From Tubiluchus corallicola (taxonomy: Eukaryota > Animalia > Priapulida): a DNA stretch of 64,000 nt. Location: positions 1 to 64,000 of the forward strand of contig JAQGDQ010000762.1 of assembly GCA_030141605.1 (NCBI GenBank). Reading direction: 5' to 3'. The position numbers and the translations under genes were made by a program. Positions 1 through 22,651 of the stretch are shown one piece after another (positions within the stretch are counted from its first letter, which is position 1; each line of letters begins with the position of its first letter). The notes under the pieces are model-generated. The model was not told the DNA's origin. It made no database searches and was given only the letters and a program-made list of their open reading frames with translations.

Positions 1-268
1 GATGTAAATATGAGAAAATATCTGTCACTATTTGGCTTTCAGTAAGGTATTCGACTCTCAATTTTTCATTAAAATGCATGTAATAGTGCATTTTGTTAAG
101 CGTCAGTAAAACCCAATTCAAAAATTGCAAGCGGGTGGATGTTTTATACAGGTACCTGGGCAGATCAAATGAAATTAGCCTTTATGAAACTAAATTTGCT
201 TGTCAGCTTTAATCGAGTTAAATTACTCTGTAATCTGTATGTCATAGGTCTTGGCGTAATAATGTAAA

Positions 269-1864
269 TAGTATAAGCCCAAATCCTGAAAAAATGTTTC
301 TATAAAGTTCTGCAGGCGTTTTTTGTAAAAGTGGGCAAGATAGCCAATCTTATCAATTTGATTAGGCTGAATCTGAAAAAAAGCAGTTGCTAGCTCGAAA
401 AATTAGCGGAAAAATGCAAAAAACAAAATGGCCGCCACGTTTTGGCACAAGCAAGGTAATGAAAAGAAATTGTCTGAAAATTAGCATTAAAAGGCCATTA
501 TGACATATATTTCAGGGTAGTTGAACCCATTTCTGTCATTTTCATTTCTAAAATGGCGACCGTATTCAAAATGCTAGACTAGATTGACCAGCAAGATTTC
601 TATTGCTAGCATATAAAGGCGACATCACAGTTCTCAGAGCAGATAAGATCATGATTTTGGTGCGTATATGTAATTTTTCAAGGTCAAGGAATCCACGTGT
701 GGTGCTAGGGCAATGATCAATGCCAGGCCAAACAATAACCTGCCTACCATAACAATATCTATCATTCTTCTGGTGTACCCCAACAATGTAGTATATGTTG
801 GAGGAATTGTCACCAAAAAACTTTTCTTTTCTAGTGAACAAGCCTTTATATAATTTGCAAACTAACACCAATGCGCTAGATTTGTCATACAGGAGTACAA
901 CAAAACATTCCAGCACAGGAATGAGTTCAGTTAATAGTTCTGCTCTAGTAATGTTAGTTAAAGGTATAGCAGAGCTGATTTTTTAGAATCAATGGCATTC
1001 GCATTTTCATATAGCGTAAGATACGGCTTTCATAAGCTAACGATTGCTACTTTTTCGGCCTTTTGAAAATGTTGGGGGCATTGGTACTGCACTAAATCAT
1101 TAACCTTTAAAGCCTATAAATGTAGATACTGACATCATCGTCCTATTTATCTTAGGCCAGGCAAAATAGCAAGTATTTTGGCAGCTATTTTAATATGTTA
1201 ACTGACGTTATATCATAGGTGTTTCAGGGCAACAGAAATTGACTCCTTGAAATTGAAAACCTATATTTAGATGCCAAAATCGTCATATTATCTGCGTCAA
1301 CAATTAGGATATGGCTTTTAAAACTATCGACCTAGACAACCATTTTGAAAATTTCGGCCAAATTGGACATTCGATTGGCCTCATATCCAAAATAAATCAC
1401 CGTGATTGGTTTTAACGTTGTGCAAAGTTTTATAACGTAAACGTAAAGAGCAGGTTTTTACCATTCTGTTAGACAATTATCTCGTGATCCTGTCGGCCAT
1501 TTTATTTTTTACTTAATGGGCTGTTTGAATCCACTTTACATTATATTGGGGCTAGTAGCAGCTTTCAGGATTCAAGAAAATCCAGTTAATTGTTTTTTCT
1601 TTGTATTATAAGTCTAATAATGAAACACTAATGTAGCTGCGTAATTATTTCGTTATCGCGTGGTGGCCATTTTGAAAACGGTTGTGCAAAAACTTGGCGG
1701 CAATTTTGTTTTTTTTTGCGTTTTTGACCCCTTCTGATGATTTTTCGCACTAAGAATAGCTTTTTTCGAATTCAGCATAGTCAAATGAATTAGACTGGCT
1801 ATGTCGCCCACTTTTAGAAAAAAACGCCTCCAGGTTCCATTTTTCTGAAAATAGGACTACACTA
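269..1864 (-). mobile_element. Internally deleted DNA transposon, probably Academ (AcademX-like), in the intron after the first SLC20 coding exon
   Basis: Degenerate ~180-bp terminal inverted repeats (269-~450 vs ~1681-1864) beginning TAGTATAAGCCC / TAGTGTAGTCCT, with AAA on both flanks (possible 3-bp TSD). A frameshifted minus-strand remnant at ~700-930 reads ELIPVLECFVVLLYDKSS...LFTRK../..TIPPTYTTLLGYTRR...AGYC, resembling the LERFVVLLYD...IPPT..ALLQH..RA.YQAG segment of XPG-domain-containing Academ proteins. Superfamily assignment is from recalled motifs, not a search. Confidence 0.65.
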
Positions 1865-1917
1865 AAATATCTACGCATGTAAATATTCACACAGTGAAAT
1901 TGCACCATTTCGTTTAC

Positions 1918-2110
1918 CTACTAATATAGCACCTAGCGTCTCGAATATGCTTCCCAGTATACAAGCCTGTCGTAGAGTCAGAACCTTTGCACCCACAGAA
2001 GTTCCAAAAGAATTGGCCACATCATTAGCACCAATCGCGAACGCCAAAACGAAAGCAACTATGAAAGAAACCACAACTATCCATAGAGCATCTTCTAGGG
2101 CAACCTCCAT
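1918..2110 (-). CDS. SLC20A: Sodium-dependent phosphate transporter (PiT/SLC20 family), first coding exon; gene continues beyond the left edge
   Basis: [65 protein letters not shown] carries the PiT signature [14 protein letters not shown]. Phase-1 donor G|GTAAAC at 1917. An acceptor (ttttag) at 2135-2136 implies an upstream non-coding exon; candidate donors at 2750 (GTAAGT) and 2806 (GTGAGT). Confidence 0.93.
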
Positions 2111-3203
2111 GGTGTTTTTTCGACAGTGGCCTCGCTAAAAACAGGGGAAAATTTATGTATATAAGGAGCAATGAGTAATCGCCATGGTATAACTATCGTT
2201 TCACCTTCAACGTGTCAGTCCATTAAATGCACGTTATACTGACAGTAATTATTTGAACTGAGATTTTCAATGTGAACTGCTGAAAGTGCTGATTAAACAT
2301 TTGTACGATAATATCTATGTATACTATCACGCATAACACAAAAAATTCACCCACTATTTGAGAACCGACTAAAGAAATTTCCCGCATATCGAAACTTAAA
2401 ATGTCTCAATGAAAACGACCAGATTTCAAAGGGCATTTTACTGACAGGTTACGTGAGCACAATGTGATTAAAATCACCTTTCAGAAAAATATTTATTGTT
2501 TTCAGGTAGATTTTTAAACATTACTCCATCATTCTCCATACAGCGGTTTTTGCACCTATTTCTCTTATATTCTATATGGTTTATTTAATAGCTGATTTCC
2601 AAGTGCACCTTTAGTAGTGGTCTCTCTGCAGTGACTAAAACATTAGTTTTAGTTCATTTTCATTTTAAATATTTTTGTTATTGATATGCACTGGAAACCT
2701 TAATAACCTTGCAGGCTCGCAACCTTTATAAAACACTTTACTGCACTTACCAAACTCGCTCGACCTTTTGTTTCAGGATTTGATATGTATTCGTGTAACT
2801 ACTCACTATTGACTACAATCACACATACTCTTATTAAATTGTATAGATTTTAATGTATTACGATAACAAATTCTAAACGACGACTTCATCACCACACTGA
2901 AAGACAAAAAATGCACATCGGGTAGCCAAATCATAATTATCTGGATCCTCCAAGTAACAGATACATGCTTTCTGTATAAATATGTATGGTCGACCAAAGT
3001 GCAACCTATGTTTGCGTGTTTAACTGTATAAACAAAACGAATAAATACGTAAGCTCGCGCACATCCAATTTTTGTAGAATTTGGATTTCACTTAAATTCA
3101 TATGTGCCTGATTCATTGAGTAGTTCGAAAACAAAAATCATTCGCACATGAGAAAGAACATTGACAAGTTCTGGTCAACTTGTTACCTTTAACAACACAC
3201 AAT

Positions 3204-3392
3204 CATGATGATAATGATAATGATTACAAGAAAAACGGTGACAGCGATAATAACGGCGACGACAGCAGCAGCTAGTCAGTTGCATGAACGCAGTTTTTGT
3301 GCTCAGTTGAATTGTAATGTAGGGTAACATATTACAGATATGGTAGTGATGATGATGATGACGACGACCACGTTACCATAATGATGATGACG
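3204..3392. repeat. Degenerate trinucleotide (ATG/ACG/GCA) microsatellite patches
   Basis: atgatgataatgataatgat, gacgacagcagcagc, gatgatgatgacgacgacc and atgatgatgacg are visible directly. Confidence 0.6.
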
Positions 3393-3429
3393 CTGGCTTA
3401 CAGGACCTAAACCCCATTACTCCAAGAAA

Positions 3430-5400
3430 TTGTCTGACGCAGGTACACAGGTGAGCAACTTCTTGTTGGCAATCTGGGCAAAGTTATGCATCTCCAACAA
3501 CGAAAAGTACTTTTGGACAGAAACAAAGCAATTCGTTAATGACAGGATGTATTTTAGAAGTAGGCATGTAAATGTTTTGAAACTCCAACTGCAAAAAAAG
3601 TTTGACCAATGCAACTCTAAATTTCAGGGACTGTGCACTGTGTGCTGTCGCAGCCGATAGAGGTGCTTGACATCAACAAATGGGAGTTACGTGTAAGAAC
3701 GCATGGATAGATGAATTTCACTACACAGAATCTTTATAACTGCAATCGCATGAACAGTCATAAATTGTGCTTTGTGCGATAACATACGTTTTCAACTTTG
3801 CAAAAATGAATCTCCAATCAGCATTACTTTTCGAATTTAGTTTTAATGCTTCTAATGAAACTCTCGTCTCAGTAACTACAGGTCCGTAAAATGTGTGTTA
3901 TATAACTTATTTCCGGCCCATATTAAATATAGTTATTATCTGTCTGTCAACTGTTTTTGACTAGTACATGGTTTATACATGCCACCACTCATTTACGTAA
4001 TCGATATCATCTATCGCGATTCCATCCTAAATATCGCTAATCTCTGCTTGGAGACTCATCATTGGTGCTGGCTTCTGTCAAAATTTATATCTATAAGGAA
4101 ACCAGACAAGCCAAGTTACAGCAATTCAGCAAATTACCGACCAATTACTATCTCCTCCTACGTAGCAAACTTATTGAGCGATTAATAACCTCCTGATTAA
4201 GATTTCATTTTTTGACCAACAATACCTTAGACGCTGAGCAGGAGGGTTTTTATCTGGTTAGGTCATACGGAAGAAGACATTTTTCCTCACAGTCAGCGTT
4301 GACTTTGGAAAAGCTTTTGATAGTGTTTGGACAGAAGGACTTTTGTTCAAATTAAGATGTACAAATAAATGTCAGGGGTAAAATGCTGAAACTAATTAAT
4401 AACATACTGTGCAGTGGAAAAATTGTGATGAAGGTGAACAATTTTTCTTCGCCTGAGTACAACTGTGTTTTGGGAATGGTCAGTACTTTCAGCGCTTCTT
4501 TTCATATTGTATGTAGCAGATATGTTTGAAAATGTGCATCTTGAAGTGAAAACATTTAAATATGCAGAAGATAGTACGTTTCACGTAAGCAAGAATAATA
4601 ACAACGATTGTATAAAAGCTGCGCAAGAGTGTTGCACACTTTGTACAAAATTGGTGTAAAGAATGGAGTTTGAAAAAACTACATTGCCAAATAAAACAGA
4701 AGTTCTGCTAGTGGGCAAATGGAATGAACAGAATTAGCCAGCACATTTAAAAATGTGAACAAAAGAAATTATGTATACCAAAGAGAGCAGTGTTAGGGAT
4801 CACGAATGACAATAAACTAACTTTTGAAAAACACACAAATCAGATTCGACAGAGAACTTGGCGCCGCTGCTTTAATATCAAGAAAGTGTCGCAAATAAGT
4901 GCAGAAAAGCGGGCAGAGGTTATCTGCAGTGATTAACTTGTTTAAAACAACGGTACTGCCAATAATTTTGCACGCAGCTGCTGCAGGTTTTCAAGAAAGC
5001 ACTCTTACTTTAAAGACACTATATGATGCGTTGACAGTTGCTGTAGGAGCAGGTTTTCATTCGGCAAGGAATTATTTTGAGTTCATCTGTGATTTACCTC
5101 CCTTGGACATTATGGCGAACTTGATTACACTAGAATTTATCCTGAAAGCCTTAAGTACCGACCATGATGATCGTATGAGGAAAAGAATAGTTAATATTGA
5201 CAACTGCATGGGAAGAAACCGCCAAATATATAAACAATTTTTAAAATGTCATACTGCGAGAGTAAAACAATACTTGAGGTTTGCAAGTGACAATAGTGTT
5301 CAGCCAGTAAGTTTTAATGAGATACCTGCAAACAATTTTAAATATACAAACACGTAATGTCAGAGTATTGCGCCTAGTTTTTATATCGGTTAAATTATGT
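3430..5400 (+). mobile_element. Decayed non-LTR retrotransposon (LINE) ORF2 / reverse transcriptase
   Basis: Frameshifted RT motifs in the expected order: KPDKPSYSNSANYRPITISS (~4097-4160), AEQEGF, DFGKAFDSVWTEGLLFKL (4301-4354), SVLSALLFILYVADM, KYAEDS (YADD-like), then LFKTTVLPIILHAA. Many stops and frameshifts. Confidence 0.88.
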
Positions 5401-8400
5401 AGAGAACCCCGTTATGAAAATGTGGAACAGAAGTTCAACTCCAGACCTCCTTTAGTATAAAATGTCCTTTTGTAACTGCAGAGCTGCAGTTATGATTAAT
5501 GGCGTAACTAGGAGGATGAAACCTGACAAATAAAATAGTAAAAAATGACAGAAACATAATTAAAGCTTTTACTGCTGTAATACGAAACAGATTTATTATG
5601 CATACTTGCAGTAAATAACCTAATGTAAGCATTGTAATTTTACTAAACTTTTTAAATATAATTGCCGCATATAAACACCGAACGATATCTGTATACACAA
5701 AGTTATCAAACTGTGTTTATATGTTTTGGTAAAGTTGGAAGTTTATCTCAAACGCAAATAAGTTAACGTGCCAAAATATGAATAGATAATTTTTAGCGTT
5801 GTAATACGAAAATCATTTGCCATAATCATTTGCAAATGTAAATATCATGTATATTATGAAAATGTTTAAAATTAAATAGAGTTTAAGCAGTTGCAGAAGG
5901 GAAGGGAAAGATACGCAATATTTCTCATTTATTTTGTTAAACAACTAATAAAGCTGATAGAATTTTGATAAAATGTAATTATGTTATTTAACTGAGCTAA
6001 CAGTAACTAACAAGTTAAACTACACACCTGCAAACAGAGGCACATCTGTAAATATTTATATATTTTCAATAAAAGATATATTATCGTCATCATCATCATC
6101 ATTGCTATATCAGTGCTTGATCACTGGATGGTATAGTCATAGCATATATACGCCTGTATTATCACCTACACAATAAATTGAATTAGTTTTCACAAATGGA
6201 AGCTGTAAATGTGATACTTAAAGCACGTGCAATGTTATATGGCTTACGCTTGATGTGATATTTAAAAGCGTATGTAATTTAGGTGATTTTCACCAGTACA
6301 TGCAATCAATTAACATGTAGGCCTAACAATACATTTGTACATGAAACGGGCTTTAGTAATTCATCCACTATAGTGGTTACTATACGGGAGTGATTCTCAA
6401 ATCAACTGTAATTTCAAGATGTTAAATTTATTCGAACTAAGTTTTGCTGGTTCTACGAATACTTTTATGAAAGCTACGAGCAGTTTCATGACGTATTGTC
6501 CCTCCAACGATTGAACCTCTCTATACCTGCCGAGTACAGCATTCGGCGCTCAGTTGTGCTAAGTGACAATATGCCATATGCTACTTAAAAGTTAATACTG
6601 TAGTCTAAAGCCCCTCAGTTTTTCGCTGGTCAGCCTTCCTTTTGTCGTAATCGTATGGCATGCAATGCATGGTTAAAGTGCAATGCGTTCTTAACTGTGA
6701 AACATGGCAGTCAAGACAGCGCGCTAATGGCTAAAAAGTGACATTAAGAGTGTAAACTTTTTTAGCATTAAACAGTATGACAGGAACAATACTGACTAAA
6801 TTTGACCCATTGCATTCTTCATTATTCTGAGGCTTTAATTTTCCATGAATCAACATAAACTAAAAGCAGAAAACGATAAAAGATAAAACAATACTTATTT
6901 AATTGGTTTGAAATAACATTAAACAGTCCACTTGGAGTTGTACATAATGGGGCGCAGACCAAGTGATCACAATAATTATTGTAAGCCAAAACACTAAGCA
7001 ATTAAATAAACATGATCGAATTTAGTTAGTTAACAGATAACGATTTTAGACGCTACAACTTCCTAAACATAAAGCTAAAGGATGACACGCATTCAGTTAA
7101 ACAACACCTTACAACATGCCCAGTTGACAATCAATATACTTGAAAAAAGTAAAACGAAATTTGTGAAAATTAAATTTATCTAAACTTGATAAACTTCAAG
7201 AGTGGTATCAAGAATGACAAAAACTTGTCACTATATCTAGGTACTGTTCACTATAATACAGAAATTTAGAAAATCTTAATGATAACAATAACACTGTTTA
7301 GTAAAACTATTTTTGCTGTAATACAATGTACCACAACAATATACAATAGTAAAAGTCAACGAAATATAATGCAGTTAACAACATTTCTCTCTGAAGTATT
7401 ATTTGCATAAACTTCTGATGTGCACAATTATGATGAACTAGTTTTACTTATTATTAAAATGAGGTGTACAGCAGATGTTCAGATGATCGTAAATGGCAAG
7501 GAAAATTAGCCAAGATTCACTTTATTAGTAATACTGTTACAACAAATATTAACTTATAAATTGGTAACTGTGGAACACCACAGATTAGCAAAATGGTATA
7601 ACACACTAAGAATATGCTTTTATCAAATTAAGACGTTTGTTCGAACCAACATATAATATATATATACACATACTAATTATCCTGAAACATACTGATTCAA
7701 AACATCCTCTATGGATCACACAAAATATACTCAAAATGGCCTTTATGAATGACAATACTACAAAGTACAACACTTAACTGAGCACAACAACAGATGAGCT
7801 ACTTAATAACTCAATGTTGAATACTGGCTAATGGCTACGTAAAATATCCAACGTACAAGTTGAAAATGAAATAACAATACTGGCAACTATTAATAATAGG
7901 TTTTTAACATCTTCTCTAACTTCTAACGGTGTCTACAAAAATTGGCTTATATTTCTGTTAAAAACATAAAGCTAAATTGTAATGCATTATAGTCAAAAGG
8001 CTTTAAACATAAAACAACTAATTAAAATCTTGAGGCTCACTATAGCTGAATTTAAATTTTATCCCTACATAGTATATAGCTGTGTTTTGCAATGTTCCAC
8101 AAGTCATAGTTACTTTAATTAAACCAAAAAAGGAAAATGAAACTACACACTTAAAAAACTTGTAAACTGCGGCTATTTAACCTTGATTTCCTCAACACGT
8201 AGAGTAATACAAATTAAGAGTTAACTCGTCTTCAAATAAATCAGATAGGTAGGTGGATTTATCCTGTTTTCTTCTGTATATTAAATAATCAGCCAGTCCT
8301 AAGAAAACTAAAGCTACCTGTCTAAAACGTGTAGCAAACTAGCACTCAAGTTCAGTGGAGTTTTCATGTTTGTTTTTTACAAGAGAAACCTTATCACTTA

Positions 8401-8815
8401 GCTGTTAATTTCATATTACCTACTTGGGCAGATCATGAGGATGTGAGATTCTGACTGGCTAACTGGTTAGAGACAAACTCATTGCAGCAGCTATTGGTTG
8501 TGGTTTAGTTCAGCACAGTTAATTATGTTCAAACTATAAAGATATAAATAAATTTTGTCAGCAACAAACACTATGACCTTCAAAATTGATTAAAAACAGA
8601 AAGCAGGTTCTAATAAACATAATTCAACTTGTGAAACACTAGCAAACAGTACAGCATATCAGTATTTTCAGTACAGCATTTGCAGTTTCAGCAGGCACAC
8701 TTAGGCACATATGTTCAGTCCTTTTTCAAAAGGAGCTTAATGGCTTTGCGTGAACATACCTTTGAAAAATAAGCAAAAATAAAATTAAGATTGATATAAA
8801 TTATTTCATAACAAC

Positions 8816-17020
<8,205 letters not shown>

Positions 17021-17469
17021 CTAAAACGCCTTGGTTATTTAATCCATCTTGCAATATCAAGGCAAATGCAGATATGTGAGGTAACAACTTGCAGCAGACA
17101 ATCAATTTAATCACAGTACTGAAATTAATGGCTTCCTGAACTAGACTTGTGGCTCCCTCTTGTAATGGGGGATTACTAAAATATATAAATGCCGTATATT
17201 TCATAAAACATAATAAATAAAAAAGTCCTAACAATTGCAATCATATATTTGAAAGTTTTGCAACAGCTTAGAAAGCCACTGTCTTTAAAGTAATATATTC
17301 TAAGTTCACTACAATAAAGATAAGTGGTTTTTATTTGAAAAATACGGAAGTCAAAATTTGCACTACAGTTTGTTGACGTTGACACAGTACTGTAGGAGTA
17401 GGAAGCATCGAGGCGTATATACATGTATTGGTGTTTTCGCGATACATTTTTAATCATATTTTAGCAAAA
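17021..17469. promoter_or_regulatory. Candidate bidirectional promoter shared by MIB1 and SEC61B
   Basis: Only 449 bp separate the divergent start codons (17020 and 17470). An ETS-type CGGAAGT motif lies at 17345-17351. Confidence 0.55.
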
Positions 17470-19248
<1,779 letters not shown>

Positions 19249-20306
19249 AATTAACTACTTATTTTTTACTTGCAATGTACTAGTTTACCTATCATATAAG
19301 CAGTCACTTATGCTGCCATTCGTGAATTCAGAATGTCATGAAACTGAACTTATATGACCTTACTGTGGATATGCTGCTTGAAACTACAATGTTTATTGTA
19401 CTGATCTTTAACTGTTGCAGATATTGTACTTTTTTAACTATCTGCCATTAAAATTGTTGCTTTGTGAAATGGTCGCTGTTGGCTTAAATTGTGTAAACAG
19501 GAACTGCAAAGATATCAACATGATATTTAGTAATTTAATGTACTGTGTTCTTTGCAGGTCTCATTAATATTTTTAGAGTAGTAACGGTACTGTTACAGAG
19601 TTATGTTTTTGAATATTTCCAAGCATTCCAACACTATATTCTAACAAAATAATAAATACAATGGTGTTTTAAGAAGTTAATAAAATAATATTGTTCTTTA
19701 TATTATCTAGATGTCATAAAGTATCTGTACAGTATTATTTATATAATATGGTCATGTACAATTCACCCACATATAATCTATACTACATGAACATTCCTTC
19801 ACGCAAGCTGGTAATCTTGAAGTGCAAATAATGGATGTTGTAATAAAAATGGCCCAAGGTTTTTTCCAATTTCTTGGCAAGATATTGCCTAATTGGAATG
19901 ATCAATTTCACCATTAGTATTTCGTTCAATGCAAATCTTTTTCATTAAAATTTCTGGCACTTTGTTGATCATTTCTTTCTTGTTCCAGGTATGTGTTTTT
20001 CTTTGACACTCTCAAATAGTTTTAAAAATAAATTTTTCTAGCGGTTGTTTGGTGCATGTTTGTGCAAAATTCAGGCTGGTAGTTCTTGAAAAGTGTGTTC
20101 TATGGTTTCCAGCAAACAAAATTACAAAATGTCCAAGATATCCACAGCAGAATGAGCTTTCAGGTGACACTTCACCTGTCGTAGTCCTGTTATCTGCATT
20201 TCAACCAGTTCCCATGCTTTTTAGGAACCATTACATAATACGTACATAGTAAGCTCCCTGGAATGTTTCAGCGATGATCAGCTTGGATCATTGTCCGAAG
20301 CTGAAG

Positions 20307-20603
20307 AATTTAAGGGTTGGACCAAAAATCTTTCATGTTTATTCATAAGCATTGGTAGCATCAGTGTGGTAATTTTCAAGAGAAATTTGTTTGTTGAATT
20401 TTTTGGAAAATTGTCACCAAAAGTCCTGCTGCTTAATCTATTGTTCACGTCAATAATCTATGCATAATATCAGGTGGTGCGAAAAAGTGCGGAAGTGTTG
20501 AACAGGATATTATAAGAAAATAATGGAATCTTGAAAATTACCACACTGATGCTACCAATGCTTACGAATAAACATGAAAGATTTTTGGTCCAACCCTTAA
20601 ATT
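20307..20603. repeat. 75-bp near-perfect inverted repeat, probably transposon-derived
   Basis: Arms 20307-20381 and 20529-20603 match at 74/75 positions. The 147-bp spacer contains a Tc1/mariner-end-like TATCAGGTGGTGCGAAAAAGTGCGGAAG; a similar string occurs near 60042-60075. Confidence 0.85.
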
Positions 20604-22651
20604 TGTCCAAAGATGAAGAAGCTTTAAAACAAGTCAAAAAAATTAGTCGGAAAAAAGTTTGTGCGTCACTATTGTTATGTACAGCAAGTGCTCTATGTGT
20701 CTGCCATTTTCACTGCAAATTAGATGAAGGCATTTCTTTCAACAGCTTATACAGTACTTACTTCTTTAAGGGTAATTGAACCCAACACTCAGTTTATGTC
20801 TTTAGTTCCATTGCATTAGACGTCTCATACACGTGCTTTTGGAGGGAATTCCAGATCCATAGTGCAAAGAATAGTCCTTTCATTACAACAAATCTTTACC
20901 CGGCCGTACTTTATTTTCTTATAGGTCAAGACCACGAAGTAAACTGGTTGATTGCTTTGTTTTTTTATGCCAGGTATTGAGTGCTTTATACTTCAATGTG
21001 GCTGCAATTTCAATTGATGAGAACCTGACTTTGTTCCATCATTTAGTTTTTTAACAAGCAAAAGTTTTTTAGCTGTAACGTAAAAATTGCTGTAGCTTTA
21101 AAGTTGTTACTTTTACAGCTAAAAGTAACATACTATAATATCATGCCATGAAATTTGAACTTTGTAGCACACTTGCTTCTTGTGTTAGTGTAGTCTAAAC
21201 TTTTTTTCTGCACCATACGATATAAACATACCAACTAGTGCCTTTTCTGACAATATAGAAAACTTTTTTGTACTATGAAAATCCAAAAACTTGACTGCAA
21301 TGTTTGTTAAGCTTTTCTTATTGGTATAAGTAACAGCATAGAAGTAACAATTCCGTAATTAACCCATGGAGAATTGTAGAGAAAAAATATTTGAAATTCA
21401 TTTAGTGAGTCAATATTTCACATTAAGCAAGATGTTGTTGATAATATCATAATGACAAGTCTACAGTCTGCAATGCATACAATCTTATTAGTACACTCGT
21501 ACAATGCATTTTCGCTTATTAACAGTGTTTGTTTACAAACATTATCAGCCTGGTTGCTGATAATAAACATGTAATTCCTAAACAAAGGTTTGTTCGGTGA
21601 CTCTTGGCTGAAGTCAGCATTTTATAATATTACTGAAAATTAGTCTCTTATTTACTAACTTGACAATGATTTTCTTATTCATAAATACATATTTCTCATT
21701 CATAAATATGACATCAAAATGTGATAGAATGATTAAATATGAAGGAAACAGTTGCTACTTGAAGATTATAAAAATATAATTTTGTTCATAGAAATGTTTT
21801 GCACACATGCCAGAAAGTGCTTTGCCAGATGTGGAATTCGCTATGTATAATATATACTATATATTATAATAAGAGGTGTTGTTAACAAAAATGCATTAAA
21901 TTTCAGGAATGCACTGTATATACTAAATTGAAAATAATGCAAACCCAACATAATAAGTTACTACTACCAATAATATTCATTAAATTTGAAAAAAATGAAA
22001 TATGCAGTTTAACAATAATAGCACTTCACTTGAATACTATTGTTACCATTCATAGAAATGCCATAACAGTATTTTACTATACTGTTCTAAATAAAAGCAT
22101 AAGAGCATTGATTTTATTTTAGCAACAACAAAATTCCTTGCGTAAAATTCTTTTCAAACTTGCTTATGAAGTAAAAATTAAGAAAAAAGAGACGTAGTTA
22201 AACAAGGGAAAGCGTTATACGGTATCTTGCTTGCAGATCAACTGTGCTAATTGCTACTTGTTACTTGTCAAAATTTTTAAAAATAATTTCATGGCAACTT
22301 AGATGTCAGCACATATCATACAGAACAAAGGGGAACTCATTTATAACAATGATATCATTTATTGGAGCACAGCAAAAGTAACAATTTAAATAACGCAACA
22401 GAACTGACTACGAGAAATCTAACAAACAATATGAGATCAACTGACACTAAAATCGTCAACAAATAACAACAAAACAAAAGCAAATAAAATATACTGTAAT
22501 ATAACTACAAGCTGATACGACGTCCGACATCACAGAAACACAGGAATGATGTTACAATAATTTTAGAATTTTATAAGCATGATTATAGATTATGATCTAT
22601 GTGCATAAAATAGCAGTTAAACAATAAGAACACACACACTTGCTGCTGCCT

